Assembly: GCA_002633005.1 (NCBI GenBank)
Contig: NMRA01000156.1
Span: 584,488 to 648,487, forward strand
Length of the DNA: 64,000 bases
Reading direction: 5' to 3'
Source of the DNA: Phoronis australis
Taxonomy: Eukaryota > Animalia > Phoronida
Made by a program: the position numbers and the translations under genes. Below, piece after piece: positions 24,836 through 38,790 of the stretch; position 1 is the stretch's first letter; every line of letters starts with the position of its first letter. The notes beneath the pieces are model-generated. The model was not told where the DNA came from, ran no database searches, and saw only the letters and a list, made by a program, of their open reading frames with translations.

Positions 24836-27800
24836 TTTTACCAAGGCCCCGACCATACGATTATTGGCATATTATAAATATTTCATTTAAAATGCCCTTT
24901 CTAATGTTTACTCTATTATAGGCAGCTGATTATCGTTTTGAATTTTACCATCAGATTTTACCCCTATTGTGGCTAAAAACCATTTTTGTCATGAAGCAAT
25001 CATTTACAAAGTGGATCAGTTGAAAGGGAAGCCCCGGATTTTGTTTTTGTTACCAATAATACAAATTTCCTGCCCTTCTCAGAGCTCATGTTGAGGCTGC
25101 GTTCTCGCGTCATTGTGACACAACCTAACTATAAAAGACACCTGCTGACTTTACAGGGACGTGACCTTTGATGCAGCTTTTTGATGGGTTGTATGAATGG
25201 TGCTTGTTCTTGTAGTGTTGGGCCAGGCTGTGTGCTATAGAATATGTTATACTGACTAGTAATTGAAAGAATAATATTTCATATGCTGCAAATGCTATCT
25301 TAATTATTTTGGGACTGAGTTGAAGGAATCCCAACAAATTAGAAGGTCGCCTTATTACTTCAGGAAAGGTTTGGTGAAATGTCTTGTCACGGCAGGTCAT
25401 TTTTTTGACGAGTATGGTCTCAAGCACTTAATCGGAACCGTCACTTTTTCCCTAACCTAGACATTGTTTCATATCTGAATGAGAAACGGGTTGAGTCCAG
25501 TTTTATGATATTGAATGGAAAAATCAAAAAGTAAGATAGATATAAGATGTGTTTACAGTAGCTTTGGAATTTTGATAAATGCACCATAGAGAAAATAATC
25601 GGACAAAGTGCTGTTTTCCCGTCATGACGCCGAATTCTGTTAAATGCAAAAATGACAGCTACAATGGCAGGAAAATTGAGAATGGTTTAGCCACTTTTCT
25701 CACTTACCTTGTTTATTCCACTCCATTCTCAGTCACAAAGGAAGACTTCTGTGTCAATAAATTCGGCTTCTACCCAGCCATCATGATTGGGGAATTCTGG
25801 GGAATTTTGTACTTTTGACTTCTACTCACCCCATTCTCAAGTATTCTAACCTGGTTTGCTAATAAGAACGCTGGAAACAGAAACAAGCCAGAAATCCTTC
25901 CTCACCCAATCATGGAACACATGAAGATCAGTTTTATAGCCATTAGTAAATGATCTAAATTGAAGTTATATTTTTAGGGCTGATGATGGGTTTATAACTG
26001 TTTGTGTTTGTGCAGCAATGTAGTTATGTTACAACTTATTTTGAAATCGCAGAAATATTTCAGGAAAAATTGAATGAGATTAATTCCAGAAATGGCCGTG
26101 TTCCCATTGATTCCTACTGACTGCTGGGATACCAGTATTTTTGTTGCTCCTATTGGCAGACATTTACACTATTCTACTCTTGATTGAGCAAACAAACTGT
26201 CACACATATGGATAAAATTTCCTGGTTTTATTCTCGGCAAATTTGGTGGAATTCGGAATACCGGGTAAATGGTATCCCAAAGCGAAAATTTTTTCCGGTT
26301 AAACTTTTAGTAAAAACTAACGGGATTAATTCCACAGAATTTCACATTGGAACGGCACTACTGAAGTACCCAGCACAGCGATAAGACCCCTTCGTCTTGT
26401 TTGTTCATTCAGTTTCATTGAGCGAGTGCAGTGATTTATTTGTAGAGTAGTTTTAAAAATAAGCGAGACAGACTCCATTAGATTCTACCCAACTTGGACG
26501 AACCTCTCGGCAGAATTATATGACGGTTTAGTAAATTTTTTGTTTCAATAAAATATCATTTTTGTCAAATTTTAGTCAAAATTTAATGCCCTGATAATTT
26601 CGTTATTGCACCTCGCCACTAATAGCCCATTAGTAAATAGACTTGCAAAGCAAGTTGTCGCAATTTCGACAAAACAGGTGGAGCAGCACCTATTGAGATT
26701 TTGTCGAGATTTAGACCATATTGAAACATGATGTGGTCGAAAAGAATCGTACATTTAGTCTCGGTCGTGTGCGTCGAAATTTTGTGGTATCTTGATGTTC
26801 AGTTTGTTTTGAAAATTACTGTAGCAGATCCTTATACACCCCAACCATGTTCGATCTCTTCCCGCTTGGTTTTGACGAGGGTTTGAGTGTAACTCACCAG
26901 AAAATCTCTGGGACATTTAATATTGAAAGAGGTGCGCAGCTGTGTTTGTAGAAGATTTTTCATTAGAATGAACATTCAGTATACTGAATCTTTAAAGGCA
27001 ATCAATGCATCTAATATACATCTACTACTTTACGTTTTTATACCTCATACGAACATAACTTCATCCGTCCAAATATCGAAACCAAAGAATTTGGATTATT
27101 GGTGAACTTGTCAAATGTAAACAATCACTGGTTTGTTTCTGGGTTTAAAAAACACCTCTCCATAACACTGTTGACCTTGCGCACATGGAGCGTCACGTGA
27201 TCAAGCGGGGGTCAAAAGGTTACGATGCAATGGTTGCTTGTGGTGAAACACAAACACATCAAAATTCAATCTCGGTTCCTGTGACATGTTTGTGGAGCTT
27301 GTTCAAGAATCTTAAAATGGTAATGTAATGTTGATTTTGGGATGAAATAGGACATTTTATTCATGAAAAGAATTCTTCGCTGACACTCTCACCACTCAAG
27401 TTTGGGCAACTCAACCGGTTTGCTAACTTTAGATGACTCTGCTATCTTCAAAGAAACCATGCAGCTTCAAAAAATATTACAGAAGGGTGCTACACATTGT
27501 AAACATGTTTACAAACACTGGGGTCGACAGTAGGACTTTTAAATTTTCATTGATTAAAGCCAAGTGTCGTCCTACAATTCAGAGCATGTGAAACCGAGTT
27601 CAATTAAAACAAAGGACAAGAACCGGACAGCGTAGCTTTAAGGAGACTGTGAAGATAGTTGTTGTTTACACCAGGGCATGGTTTATATGGACTTCAAGTA
27701 ACAGATGTTCTAAGGTGGAGTGTCGCCTCTTTAAAAACATCGTGAATGAATCAATTTCCAAGTTCACAGCCATATAAACTCTTCTGCAAGTGCAGGTTGG

Positions 27801-29499
27801 AATTTATTGAACTGAATATTGTAGTTTCTGATCAATTTCTACATCACCTCCAGGGAGACGATTCCAGTAATTAAAAATGAATGCCTTCATTGGGTTTAAC
27901 GAGTTCAGTTCGACTGTGAAATGGCAGGTGCTATGGGTCGGGGGGTATCGATGTTTTAAAAATTCAATTTTTAGCTATCATCCAGCTATTCACTATTAAA
28001 TCCATTCAAAGACGCAATGATTGTTTATTTTCAGTTATCAATTAACTGTCAAATGAAAATGAATTGAATTGTGTTCAGTTCAGTTAACTCCTCTTTTAGC
28101 AAATAATGTCCTAGTTTCAAATATAAGTGATGAATTTTATGTACGCTTAGTAGTGGTCTCCGAGCTCAGTTCATCTTAGACTGTAGTTTTACTGTTGCTT
28201 GAATACGTGTCAAAATGCTCTGAATTTTTTCTCTTTGGATTTTGCTGTCTGAAGTATTGATTCTAGAATTAGAATGCCTTCCATTCAAAAGCGAGCAGCT
28301 GTGGAAATCTATTTTAGGATGTTATTTTAGTCGAAGTTGGTTATAATCTAAATCTAATTGGTGAGTGACGATATTGCTGTCGATTTAGTCCAGCACGTTT
28401 GGTTTTTGATCTACTTCACCACAAAAGAACTTCAGGGCTTCCACAACCTGTATAAGTAGACTAAAGCGTTGCGTAGTTAATTCTTGGAATGCGGAAATAC
28501 AACACAATTTTGCTAATTTTGGACAAAAATAATTTTCACTTTTCAAAGTCTTCTTAAGTTGTTGTGAATGCTGACAATTTCTCAGAATCATTGTCAGGTG
28601 GCGAGCTATGATATAGTGACTGCATTGGGCTTCACAGCCATACTTGAAGCTGTAGAAGACATCCAACACCAAAGCATGGCACACACAGATCCATAGTACT
28701 ATCGACTGAAGGAGGCCTACCATTACTATTAAAAACACGAAAGCTGTTGGTATTTTTTTTTAACTTTAAAGTCATAAAATCGTTAAGGGGTGAAGCTCGA
28801 GTGGCTCAAGCGCCTCCTTTTGGCATTATTTATCTGGTAGAAAACACTGTCAACTGCCTTCACGAGAATTTGGATTGCGAATTAGAAAAAACGCTGGATC
28901 CACAGAAATGAAAGTGCAGTTGAAATTTTAGGAGCTGTTGGTATCTTAAGACATGTAAATGTTCTATTAGATGTTGCCTAAGATTTTTTGCTTGTGTTCT
29001 CAATCGGTGGGAATGGCAAACGAAAACAAAATATAAGTAATAAATAGTAATTTACGTTAACTTTGGCCTGCGGTGAATTAGGATGCATCAGTGGTGTATT
29101 TGTATTTGTTTAGATATGTATTTTATTTTTAAAACTTTTGTTGAACCCGGAGCATAGCTGACTTTCTGAGCAAGAGTGGTTACAAAGTTGTGATGAATTG
29201 CTTGATTTTTTGTTTTTATTAAGAGACTTTTGATGCTACTGATTTTCATTTTTTTAGTTAAGTCAACCAAAGAGACAATAGTGTGACACCAGTTTCAAAA
29301 TTCTTAAGGATTGCGTTTTTGTTATTTATCTTTTATGAAAAAATGAAAAAATAAAATTTCACGCGTCAATTATATAATGTCATAAACTGGTGAGATTTTA
29401 ACATAGTAGTGGAATACAGTTTATTCGAAGCACACCTTTTTATGCATCCACACACTCACCCACCCAGACACCCACATCCACCCACCCCCACATACACAC

Positions 29500-30800
29500 A
29501 TGTGGGTGCATCATGCTGTCATCCCTGTCTGTCCGACATACGGGCAGCATCCATCTGCTGTCTACTCGTGTATCTCCAAAACCCCTCGGTGGATGTCTGT
29601 GAAATTTTGCAAACATGTTTTTTACATGAACAGGGCAACACGAGCAAATTTTCAGACAGATCCAACTACCACACTATTCCCGTTAATGGCAACTAATTTT
29701 TCATGTTTGTTTCTGTTCTCTTCCGAGTTCCTTCATGTATTTTCATGAAATTTGACAAATGGACCACGGCTTTATCTTTATTATTTTTTGCTATATTTGG
29801 CCAATATATTTCTATGAAACTGATAAAAGATGGCGATGACTTTCTGATCAATGGATCCTACTGCGGTTATGCCCCCTAGTGGCAATTTTGTTTTTTACGT
29901 ATTCCCCTATATCTGCATAGTTCCTTGATGGATTTTCATGAAATCGTCTAGTTAAGATATGACAACACATTCCCATTTTCGGATAGATTCGACGTATTGT
30001 ACGCCACCTAGTGGCCATTATTATTATTTTCAAGTTTTTTTTTGGCATTCGCTTCTCTATCGGACAAACCACTGTAAAAATCATTTTGAAAATTGGCATA
30101 TTTGTTTCTACTTAGGAACATCACAGCTAGCGATGATTTTCGAACAGCTCTGACTACTGTTGTACCTTGAAGTGGCAGTTTTGTTTTTTTGTCCATGGCT
30201 CTATCTCCTAAATTCTTTTACAGGATCTTAAATTCGACTGGTGTATTTTTAGGAACGTGGCAAGGGAAGACGACGACTTCCGGACATATCCGACTACCAC
30301 TGTTCCCCCTAGTGGCCATTTTATATGTTCCTACATTGAACTAGACGATTCAGACATTATTTTTTAATGGGTCCGATTGCTATGGTGCCCTCTCGTGGCA
30401 ATTTTAGTTTTTGCCTATGGCTCCTTGATTGATGTTCATGAAGTTTGTGTTTCTTTGAGGAGAGTACATTTATCAAGGATATTGGGACAAATCCGGCTGC
30501 TGCAGTGTTGCTTAAGTGACAATTTTGTTTTTTGTTACGTTTGCCTTGATATCTACCAAGTTTTTTTATGGCAGTTTGTGAATTATAGTATTTGTTACTT
30601 AGACAACAGCATGTACCCTGTTTCAGATAGACTCTACCTAAGTCGCGTCCCCTAGTGGCATTTCTATTGTTTTTGTGTCCTTTGTCGTCTGCCTCCCTAA
30701 CCTCCAAACGGATTGAAGAATCATGATGAAAAGTCGCAGTTGAGTTCCCATTGAGGAAAGCATTTCTGACTTGCTTTGCACGCTCTTGGAGACCGTTGTT
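29500..30800 (+). repeat. Interspersed repeat family B (subrepeats ggattttcatgaaa and cccctagtggc; ctgtc/ccgt microsatellite head), possibly a non-autonomous Helentron/DINE-like element
   Basis: The same motifs recur at ~43250-43800 (+), ~50600-51800 (+) and ~61880-62280 (-), with a looser relative at ~17750-18620 (-). Boundaries are approximate and the class is inferred. Confidence 0.6.
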
Positions 30801-33435
30801 AAGTCAACTACCTACATTAAGTGGGATATCTAGTATCTCTAACATATACGATGCACATGGTGGGTACATATCGGCACTCGGCATTGCTTTTTTCGTTTTT
30901 GCTGATGCAATGCGGGATCCCTGCAAGTGACCATTACATACTGAACTGCTTGATTGACGTTCATGGAATTCAGCGTACATGTTTTTGTTTAGGCGATGAT
31001 TCCCTGCCAATTCATCAGTCCGCCCACCATCTTGATTGGTGGAGTAAAAAAAACGAATTCATTATCTGTTTCCCATGTAACTAGACTGGAGAGTTAAGGC
31101 CTTTTAAAACTAATATTTTTTTAAAGCTTAGCGACTGGATTGTCAACAGGATTGTAACAAACTCTTTTTGCTCCTACCTGTGGTCAGTTTAGAGCACATT
31201 GTAAGGTTTGTCACATTTTCATGATGTTCATTCCATGGTCAATATTTATATTATTAGCCCAATACACACAGAAAATACAAGTATTTAAGTTCTTTCAATT
31301 AAAGACTTAGTGTCATTGCAATCGCATGTTATTACCGTCACCTTCATCGAATGACTCGTAAAATCGAAATCCGAGTGATTAAAGGTATCTTCATGAATAA
31401 TTTGAATGTTTCTGTGACCAAACAACTCCCACAAGATTGACATACTGACGGCATAAATGTATTATCAAGCACTGTTTTCAACATTTACTTGTTATTTTAA
31501 GATAAATCTGCAATTTTAATACTGCGTCTCCATAGAGCGCAATGTAAAAATCAGCTTGTTATACTCCACCTAGTTGTCTAACACAATACTGCCTCATGCT
31601 CTACCTGTGCCCGGCTTGATACCATGGACTTTGTGAATTTGTGGGTGACTTGCTTTATGCCCATTATTAAATTTTTACAGGTAGTGCTCCCGATTCTTTG
31701 AAGTAATGATTATCGCATGTATCTGTGGTGTATGCCACGCGCGTAACATTGATCTTGCTTTCCATCTTTAAAATTTTTGGTATTACAGCTAAAGACTTAA
31801 CTAAGGCAATATCATATTACCTTTCATCCTTTGTCTCCATACTGGGTAGAATGGACTGATTAATGTCCAACATATTTGAAGGCTTGAAACATTGCAGTGC
31901 CACCTATCAGCCACCATAGAAACCTATTTTGACTAAATGTCAAATAACGCAAACCATGACGAAAATCTGTTTTCCATCACGTATTTCTTTCTACATGTTC
32001 TTGGTATATTTGTACCATAGTTTTGGTTAGCTGGTCTTTCTTTAAGCATTGATTTTATGGTTTTTATGCTGTTTGAACTAAAAATATTTTGGTTACAAAA
32101 CACATTACTGTAGTTGCCTTGGGTATTTGGCCATCTTGGGAAAGTATTTTGGCTTTGTGGCTTCAGTACTATTGTCTGTGATGGATAAATAAAAGCAAGT
32201 GATTGGGTGGGGATATGTGAAACTGTCTCTGGAAGAGTTTCCACCATTTTGGTATTGTCGTGGTTACCCATTTTCCTGGCAGCCCAGGTAAAATGTGTGT
32301 TCTTCAGGATTTCGAATGTTTGGTGGCACCTCCCTCCATCCCATCATGGGGCTGTGAAACCCCCGTCGGAAGTGAACATTTTAACTTTGAGATCCACTCC
32401 AGCTGGTGGCTATTATAAGAATGAGAGATTTTTTGTTTGAGGCTGACCATGACTCATAACTCACTGCATTTGACTTTGGACCCCATTCTTAGAAATTTGA
32501 CGACGCCAATGGCGGAGTTTATTAAAAATTTACAACCATTGTCGCTTAATTTTTAGTACTTTTATGTACATGTATGTAAAAAGCCATGTTACTCACAAAT
32601 TGGATAATTTACAGATCTTAGCTGAGATGGAATTGTATGGTTATTAAGATAGCCAAACAATCCGAAAGCCCTTACTTCATCCAAATGCTTTTTGGGTGTA
32701 TTTATTAATTCGTTTCAATTTCTATCAAATATAATGAGATGTAAGTTTTCTTATTTTTCAAAAGACACAATAATCTGTTGATGCTGAGATGTTTACTGTT
32801 TGCTTTTTGACGGCTCTTTTGCTGTGCAAAGTATACTAATATCGCAGTGAAATTTGGTGTTTTTTGTTGGAAAGTTGTAGAGAAAATAATTCTACTGTCT
32901 GTCATATTATGATTTAAATTCACGGGTGTTTGCCATAATCGTGAAAGGTAGAGACACAATTCACGGATGTTGGAGCGCCTACAAGTACACCTTTTTTGTA
33001 GATTAAAATTGAAATCGCTCGATCGCGTTTTACATCAACCGGTATATACCTCATTATCACACCACTCATTGTATTGAGTACGCATGTATTTGTTTAGCCT
33101 GGGGCATAATGGGCTGAAAAAATGTATTCATTTTAATAACATCTGCATGTTTGTTGAATTATTGAGGTTAGGTGCCAACTGTCTATCTTGCACTTGTGAG
33201 CTAAATACTACTGCCAGAACTGCTTTTTATGTTATTATTATTAAACTTGATTTCTACTATCCTCTGTTATTCATATCCCTACACAGTTACCAAGTTTTGT
33301 TACTGTTATAATTGTCCATTTTCCCATTGTATCAAATACTATTGTCGTGTTGTTAGTTAATATTATTTATTTAATTATTGTTTTAACTAGCAGCAACACC
33401 AGTTGCGTAGTTACAGTAGGCATGTTGTATTTAGC

Positions 33436-33436
33436 G

Positions 33437-33468
<32 letters not shown>

Positions 33469-33480
33469 GCTGTTGTTGTT
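33436..33480. repeat. (GTT)n microsatellite
   Basis: Direct reading; one GCT interruption. Confidence 0.95.
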
Positions 33481-36400
33481 ATATTTCAAGTGTTTGACTT
33501 CGCGTTGTTACAATCATTGTTAAGTACATGTTTGCTTTTTTTAGTACATAATCATTATTATAATTGTTGTTTTTGTTGTTGATATTATTATTGTTGTTAT
33601 TTTCATGGTTGCTATTGTTATTATTAGTATTGATTTGTGTAAAGCAATCTTTCTATTGGATTTGACACAGAGATGATTGTCATGTAAACTCCCTCTTATT
33701 GAGCCATGTGCGAGAGGCACAGGCCTTGCCTTTCTCCTCTGTGAAAATACACACCTCAATACTTTTGGACAGCTGGAGATATCTTATCTACGGTATGAAA
33801 TACAACCAAGGTTTATCAAATTTTTTCAATAACCAGCTTAGAATATTAAGAAAGTGTAATATTTCTGGAAAGGCCTCGAGGCTATAAGTTATTTTTGGCG
33901 TAATTAGGAGGCACATTCAGCAGTGGTACCTGGCCGTGGAACACCTTGAAAATGATAAAAGATTTTCCGTTAGAATTTCACCGGAGTTCTTTTTCGTGAA
34001 AAGTGGCTTGAGGCTTAAAATCAGAAATTTGGTTTTAGCTTCACACAAACATTTGATCTTACGCTCCACACAGCCATTTCTGAAAAAAATTAACTCTCAC
34101 TTGAGCAAAAATGAAATTCTCTGAGAGTATACACGTAACTGCATCATTACACTGAGATAATTTGTATAAATTACATCTAAGCTGTGATGTGCTAACGATT
34201 CCATGGCTAAACTTTTATTCAGTAACTGACAAATTTCTGACTTCAGTGCTAAGTCTTTTTTCATGGAACAGCCCCCCCCCCCAGATGAATGAAAATTGTC
34301 ATTTTGTGATTCATATCATGAGGTGATGCATTCAAACATTGCAGCAATCTACTTCTTGTGAGGAAAAAGAAATCCTGAAAATTGAATATTTTATCCTGGT
34401 AAAGTCATGGAAAATTCAAAGAAATTGATAACGCTATTTGATTAATAACAGTCTAAGTAACTGCTATGAGGCACTTGAAACGTAGCAAGCAGTGATATAT
34501 TTTGATGGAACTTTGAGTCTTAATTGTCCAACTAAAGTATTGAACACATGGACAAATAGTTCAAACGTGTGGCAAGTATTGACTTAATAATTTGATCTAA
34601 GTCTGCCGTAAAAGAAAAAACCTCATTCCTGATATTCATTAAAAACTTTACACATTGTTTTTGATTTCACTGAAAAACAGCACATGAATTGAATTGGCAC
34701 ATTAGAAGCACCGACTGACCTCGCACTCGCTGAACCCTTTAACGTGGCTGTTTTCACTGCATGTTGGGAATTTGTCGGCGACTGGTTAAATTGCAAAACT
34801 GAAAACACAACAGCCGCATATTAGTATGGATTTTTCCGATATTCTAATCGACGAATGTTTTAATGGGCTTTCGTATGAGTCATTGTCAGCTTAATTAGAA
34901 TTTATTTTTTCACATGTTAAGTTTCGTTGCATTAATGCAGGCTAGGGATGCAGGGAGTCTGTTTTCTAAAATAGAGCAAACGCTTTATTGATTTTTATTC
35001 TATTTTGTATGGCAACTATTCTCAGCGTAGAAATAAATACGTGTCTAACAGTTCGGTGTCTTTGACTGACTTGAGAGAAATTACGAATTACAAATTGATT
35101 GGAGTTTTTTTGATGAGTAACTGAATTAACGTCTTGAGGAAGGAGACTATGAACAGAGTGGTGCTGTGAATGGTTCTTGTGACTGACTATTAGATAAATT
35201 TGTTTGATCGATGTCACTCGTTTTTAAGATATTTTTCATCCTACATTAATTGATAAAGGAGTCAATTGATAATGTGTTCTTTTGTCATACTCAATGGGTA
35301 ATGTCATTTGTGTGTATCCATTTATCAATGATGTCTAAAGTTTTTAAATAAAAATGACACAGAGTATCCACGAGACACAGTTGGGAGTTCATTGTCCAAA
35401 CTAACAGTCTCGAAGTGACATTCGTGGAAAAACCACTGTATTTACTTTATTTATTTGGTTTACAGCCAAATATCCTTAGATTGTAAACTTACCATTTCAT
35501 TCCAATATCTGGTCGTAGATTTCAAAATACAGGAGAGAAAGAATGTAGTTGTGATGTTTGACGTAGTAAAACTATGAAGGAAAGGGTCAGGTGAGCAAGA
35601 GTTAGAAGTAAATTGAATAGGTTAGGAATTTGTTTAGCGTAGTAGGAGTTTCAAAGTCAGAAAAATGACAATGAAGTAAGGCAAATGACCAACTTGACTG
35701 CTTATAAAATTGAAAAGTAAATAACCGTCTTTGAATTTTTGTAAGAGAAATTAGCTAATAGGTTTTCTTCAGCATGGCAGCTAATCCACGAGCATTGGAC
35801 GGCTTAGTCCCAGTCTGGCTTAGGCTCGCTTAGGCATTGGGGTAACAAAACCCAAATGTTAGCGTAGAAATTGTCTCATGTTTAGCTCAAACAGCGTCAT
35901 ATAAAAATACACAAAGTGATCTTCTCAAAAGCATGCCAATTTCAAGATCAGGATTACCGCCACTGTATTTCACTAGATAGTGCTTATGTTGTGTTGTTGG
36001 GATTTTGAAATAAGTTTAGTTGATGGGAAAAATCTTAACCAAGGAGTTTATTATTTAATATAAAATTACTGCTTGGATTAAGTCAGAACTAATGTCTACT
36101 CTTGGGTGTGCCTTTTGTTTAGTATGATTTCATTGTGAAATTGAATGTTGCTCAGAACGCCAAAACAGCAAAAACTTGTTGTCAAATCAACATTTTTCAA
36201 AAGTAAATAATCTTTTATTTTAATTTAAACAATCATATTTAGATGTTTTATAAGTCAGTCAATGTTGTAAAAGAACAATTATTTTATGGCTTTTTAGCAA
36301 AGCATGTCAAACCCTATTGAATCGTTTATATTTGTCTCAAGTGAATGATAATGGTGAACCAAATCTCAAATGCAGCATGTGTTACAAAGTGGCAAAAAAG

Positions 36401-36655
36401 AACAGTGGGGACGCACCTTACGAGCTTGACTGTTGGAGATTACATCTTGGTCTTGGTGGGTAGAACTATTGCACTATTCACACCAAAACGGTTATAACTT
36501 TTAAAACTCATTTAAAGGTTATAATTCTTGGTCTAAGACTGAAAGCAGTTTAAAAGTTGTTACTGTAAAATGGTTATGACCCTCTGCAAGGCTGGTTTAG
36601 CAAGAAGTTTTGAGTGTTGTAACTCAGTGTAAACATGGCAGGTGTTAGGTTATCA

Positions 36656-36820
36656 CTCAGTAGGTGGCGCTGGTGTCAAATCTCATTTGAAACAATGGCA
36701 TGCTAAGGCTCTAACTACGGTGAATTGAAAACCGATACCACAGATGACTGTAGGGGGTGCTAGTGTCAAGTCTCATTTGAAACAGTGGCCTGCTAAGGCA
36801 CTTACTGGGATGAATTAGAA
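36656..36820. repeat. Two-copy ~90 bp tandem duplication, each copy starting with a CTCF-like motif
   Basis: gtaggtggcgctggtgtcaaatctcatttgaaacaatggcatgctaaggc versus gtagggggtgctagtgtcaagtctcatttgaaacagtggcctgctaaggc. Confidence 0.8.
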
Positions 36821-36965
36821 AGGTCTAGCCACTGAAACCACAAACTAGGATTACAACAGTTTTAACTGTCCATTTGCATTGTAATTATTCTATAGCAGTT
36901 ACAAGTCTAAAAAGCCTTACAACCAGGTGTGGTTGGACTGAACACAGCTTATGAAAAGACCAACT

Positions 36966-37042
36966 TACATGGGCAGCGCAGTACTGAAAAAAGTGGGGGG
37001 CTATAGCCCCCCCCCATCCGCCTATGGTGTGCCGCCCATGTA
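36966..37042. mobile_element. Tiny TIR element with an internal G-run/ctatag/C-run palindrome
   Basis: tacatgggcagcgca / tgtgccgcccatgta ends and an internal ggggggctatagcccccc palindrome. Confidence 0.55.
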
Positions 37043-37537
37043 TCTATGAGAGAAAGTATCAGTATGGCTTGATCTTTTCTTGAGTTTCCAGTCTTTGTTC
37101 AATGTTGTATTTGGTAAAATCTCACTGAAAAATAAGTTATTGCCCAAAGTTACCCCTTTTAATTTTTCAAGCCTTCTTGAGTAATATACTGGTAGTTTAA
37201 AAACCATTGTCTAGACTGTTAACTTTGCTATGGTCAAGTCTTATGAATTGGAAAGATGGTGTATGGCAAAGTGAAATTACATATTTTTTCATTTTTCTTG
37301 TTTAAGATACAAGTATAGCAAAACAAAGTCTTAATTTAAGTTGTGCGCAGGACAATGATTTAAAAAAATGTGGACAAGAAGCCTTCAAAAAATGAAGAGC
37401 AACCATTTTCTTCAGTACTGTGTTAAAGCTGTATCAATTTATTTTGCACTCAGTTTTAGATTTAATTATAATACTCCAAGAGGTGCCTTTCCTAAACTGA
37501 TGCAGCCTTAGATTATCATTTTTCAAACTTAACCTTC

Positions 37538-37696
37538 GCCAGGTAAACATAGGTGTGCAAAATAAGTATTACCAATTAAGCCAAGCTATTTCCAGCTATT
37601 AAAAAATGTCAACTAAATTTAATTGCCAGGTAAACACATGTGGGCAAAATACAAAATACCATTCAATCCAGGCTGTTCCTGGCTTTTGAAAAATGA
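37538..37696. repeat. Diverged ~88 bp tandem duplication
   Basis: gccaggtaaaca…gcaaaata…tacca…aaaaatg occurs twice. Confidence 0.65.
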
Positions 37697-38562
37697 AATT
37701 TGAAATCAATGATCATATTCTATAAAATCATACACGCTGTCACACCTTAATGAACGTGAAGGGTGTTGTGACATTTTTATGTGGCAGTTTAAGTCAAGGC
37801 CAAGCCCTTAGAAAGCATTATAATTTGAAAAATCAATAACTGAAAGGAATTTTTTGTTTGACATTTAAGTTGAGCTTTTGTCAGACATGGCAAAGCTTCT
37901 ATGTGTTTTGTAGTCTGTGGTTTAATGAGGGTGCATGTGTTCGATTTAATTGAATGGACTTTTAATTGCTTTTGAACACTTTGAATTAAGTGAAATTTGA
38001 TTTTGCGATTTGTAATTCACTGGTTTGTGGCATGTAGTTAAGCATCAGGCAGTAAATGTTGTTCTACTGCTCGACACAAGGTGGTGTTGATGTGCTTATT
38101 TCTTTGTCTTCCCCAATCCACCAAGGTGCATGATGCGTTTATGGATGTGTGCCACTGACGAAAAGTGTGTGTTGTTGCGGCAGTAATTTCAAAATGTTAA
38201 AGAATTTTGCAGCAATGGAATTTTTGTGAACATGTCATGAATTTAAGGTAGCAAAATGAGTCCCATGAATCAGGTCACGCCAAGTTGTGAACTTTAAACT
38301 CGGCTCTGAGTCATTGAACTTCATTTGCTCCATAGTACAGTAATTCTCTCTGTATTTCGCATAAATATAATTACCAGAATTGCCCTGTTCTCACTTTGCA
38401 AAGGTTGTTTACCATTGTGTAAATAATGGGAACTTCAGCAAATGTTGTTTTTTGACATCGCACACTACGCACACTACAAACCATCAGGCTTTAATGAGCC
38501 CAGGAACACTTGTAAATGTTAATTTGGAATAGTAGCACCCCTTGTAGGTGCTATGCTCATGA

Positions 38563-38790
38563 TAAAGTTGTGCATAATTTGCACATTGTATTCAGCATAC
38601 TAAAGCTGTGCACAAGTTGTCCATTGTATGTAGCATACTAAAGTTGTGCATAATTTGCACATTGTTTGCAGCATACTATAGTTGTGCGTAATTTACATAT
38701 TGTATTTAGTATACTAAAGTTGTGTATAACTTTTACATTGTGTGCAGCATACTAAAGTTGTGCACACTTCATTCATTGTATGCAGCATAC
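38563..38790. repeat. Minisatellite, 6 x 38 bp (taaagttgtgcataatttgcacattgtatgcagcatac)
   Basis: Six contiguous diverged units with an exact 38 bp period. Confidence 0.9.

Noticed and set aside
31300-33150. Decayed LINE on the + strand (fragments such as CYYR and QLPQD*)
   Set aside because: The motif hints are too short and broken to support without a profile search.
38563-38790. CRISPR array (38 bp periodicity)
   Set aside because: The units are contiguous diverged repeats with no unique spacers, no cas genes, and the context is eukaryotic.
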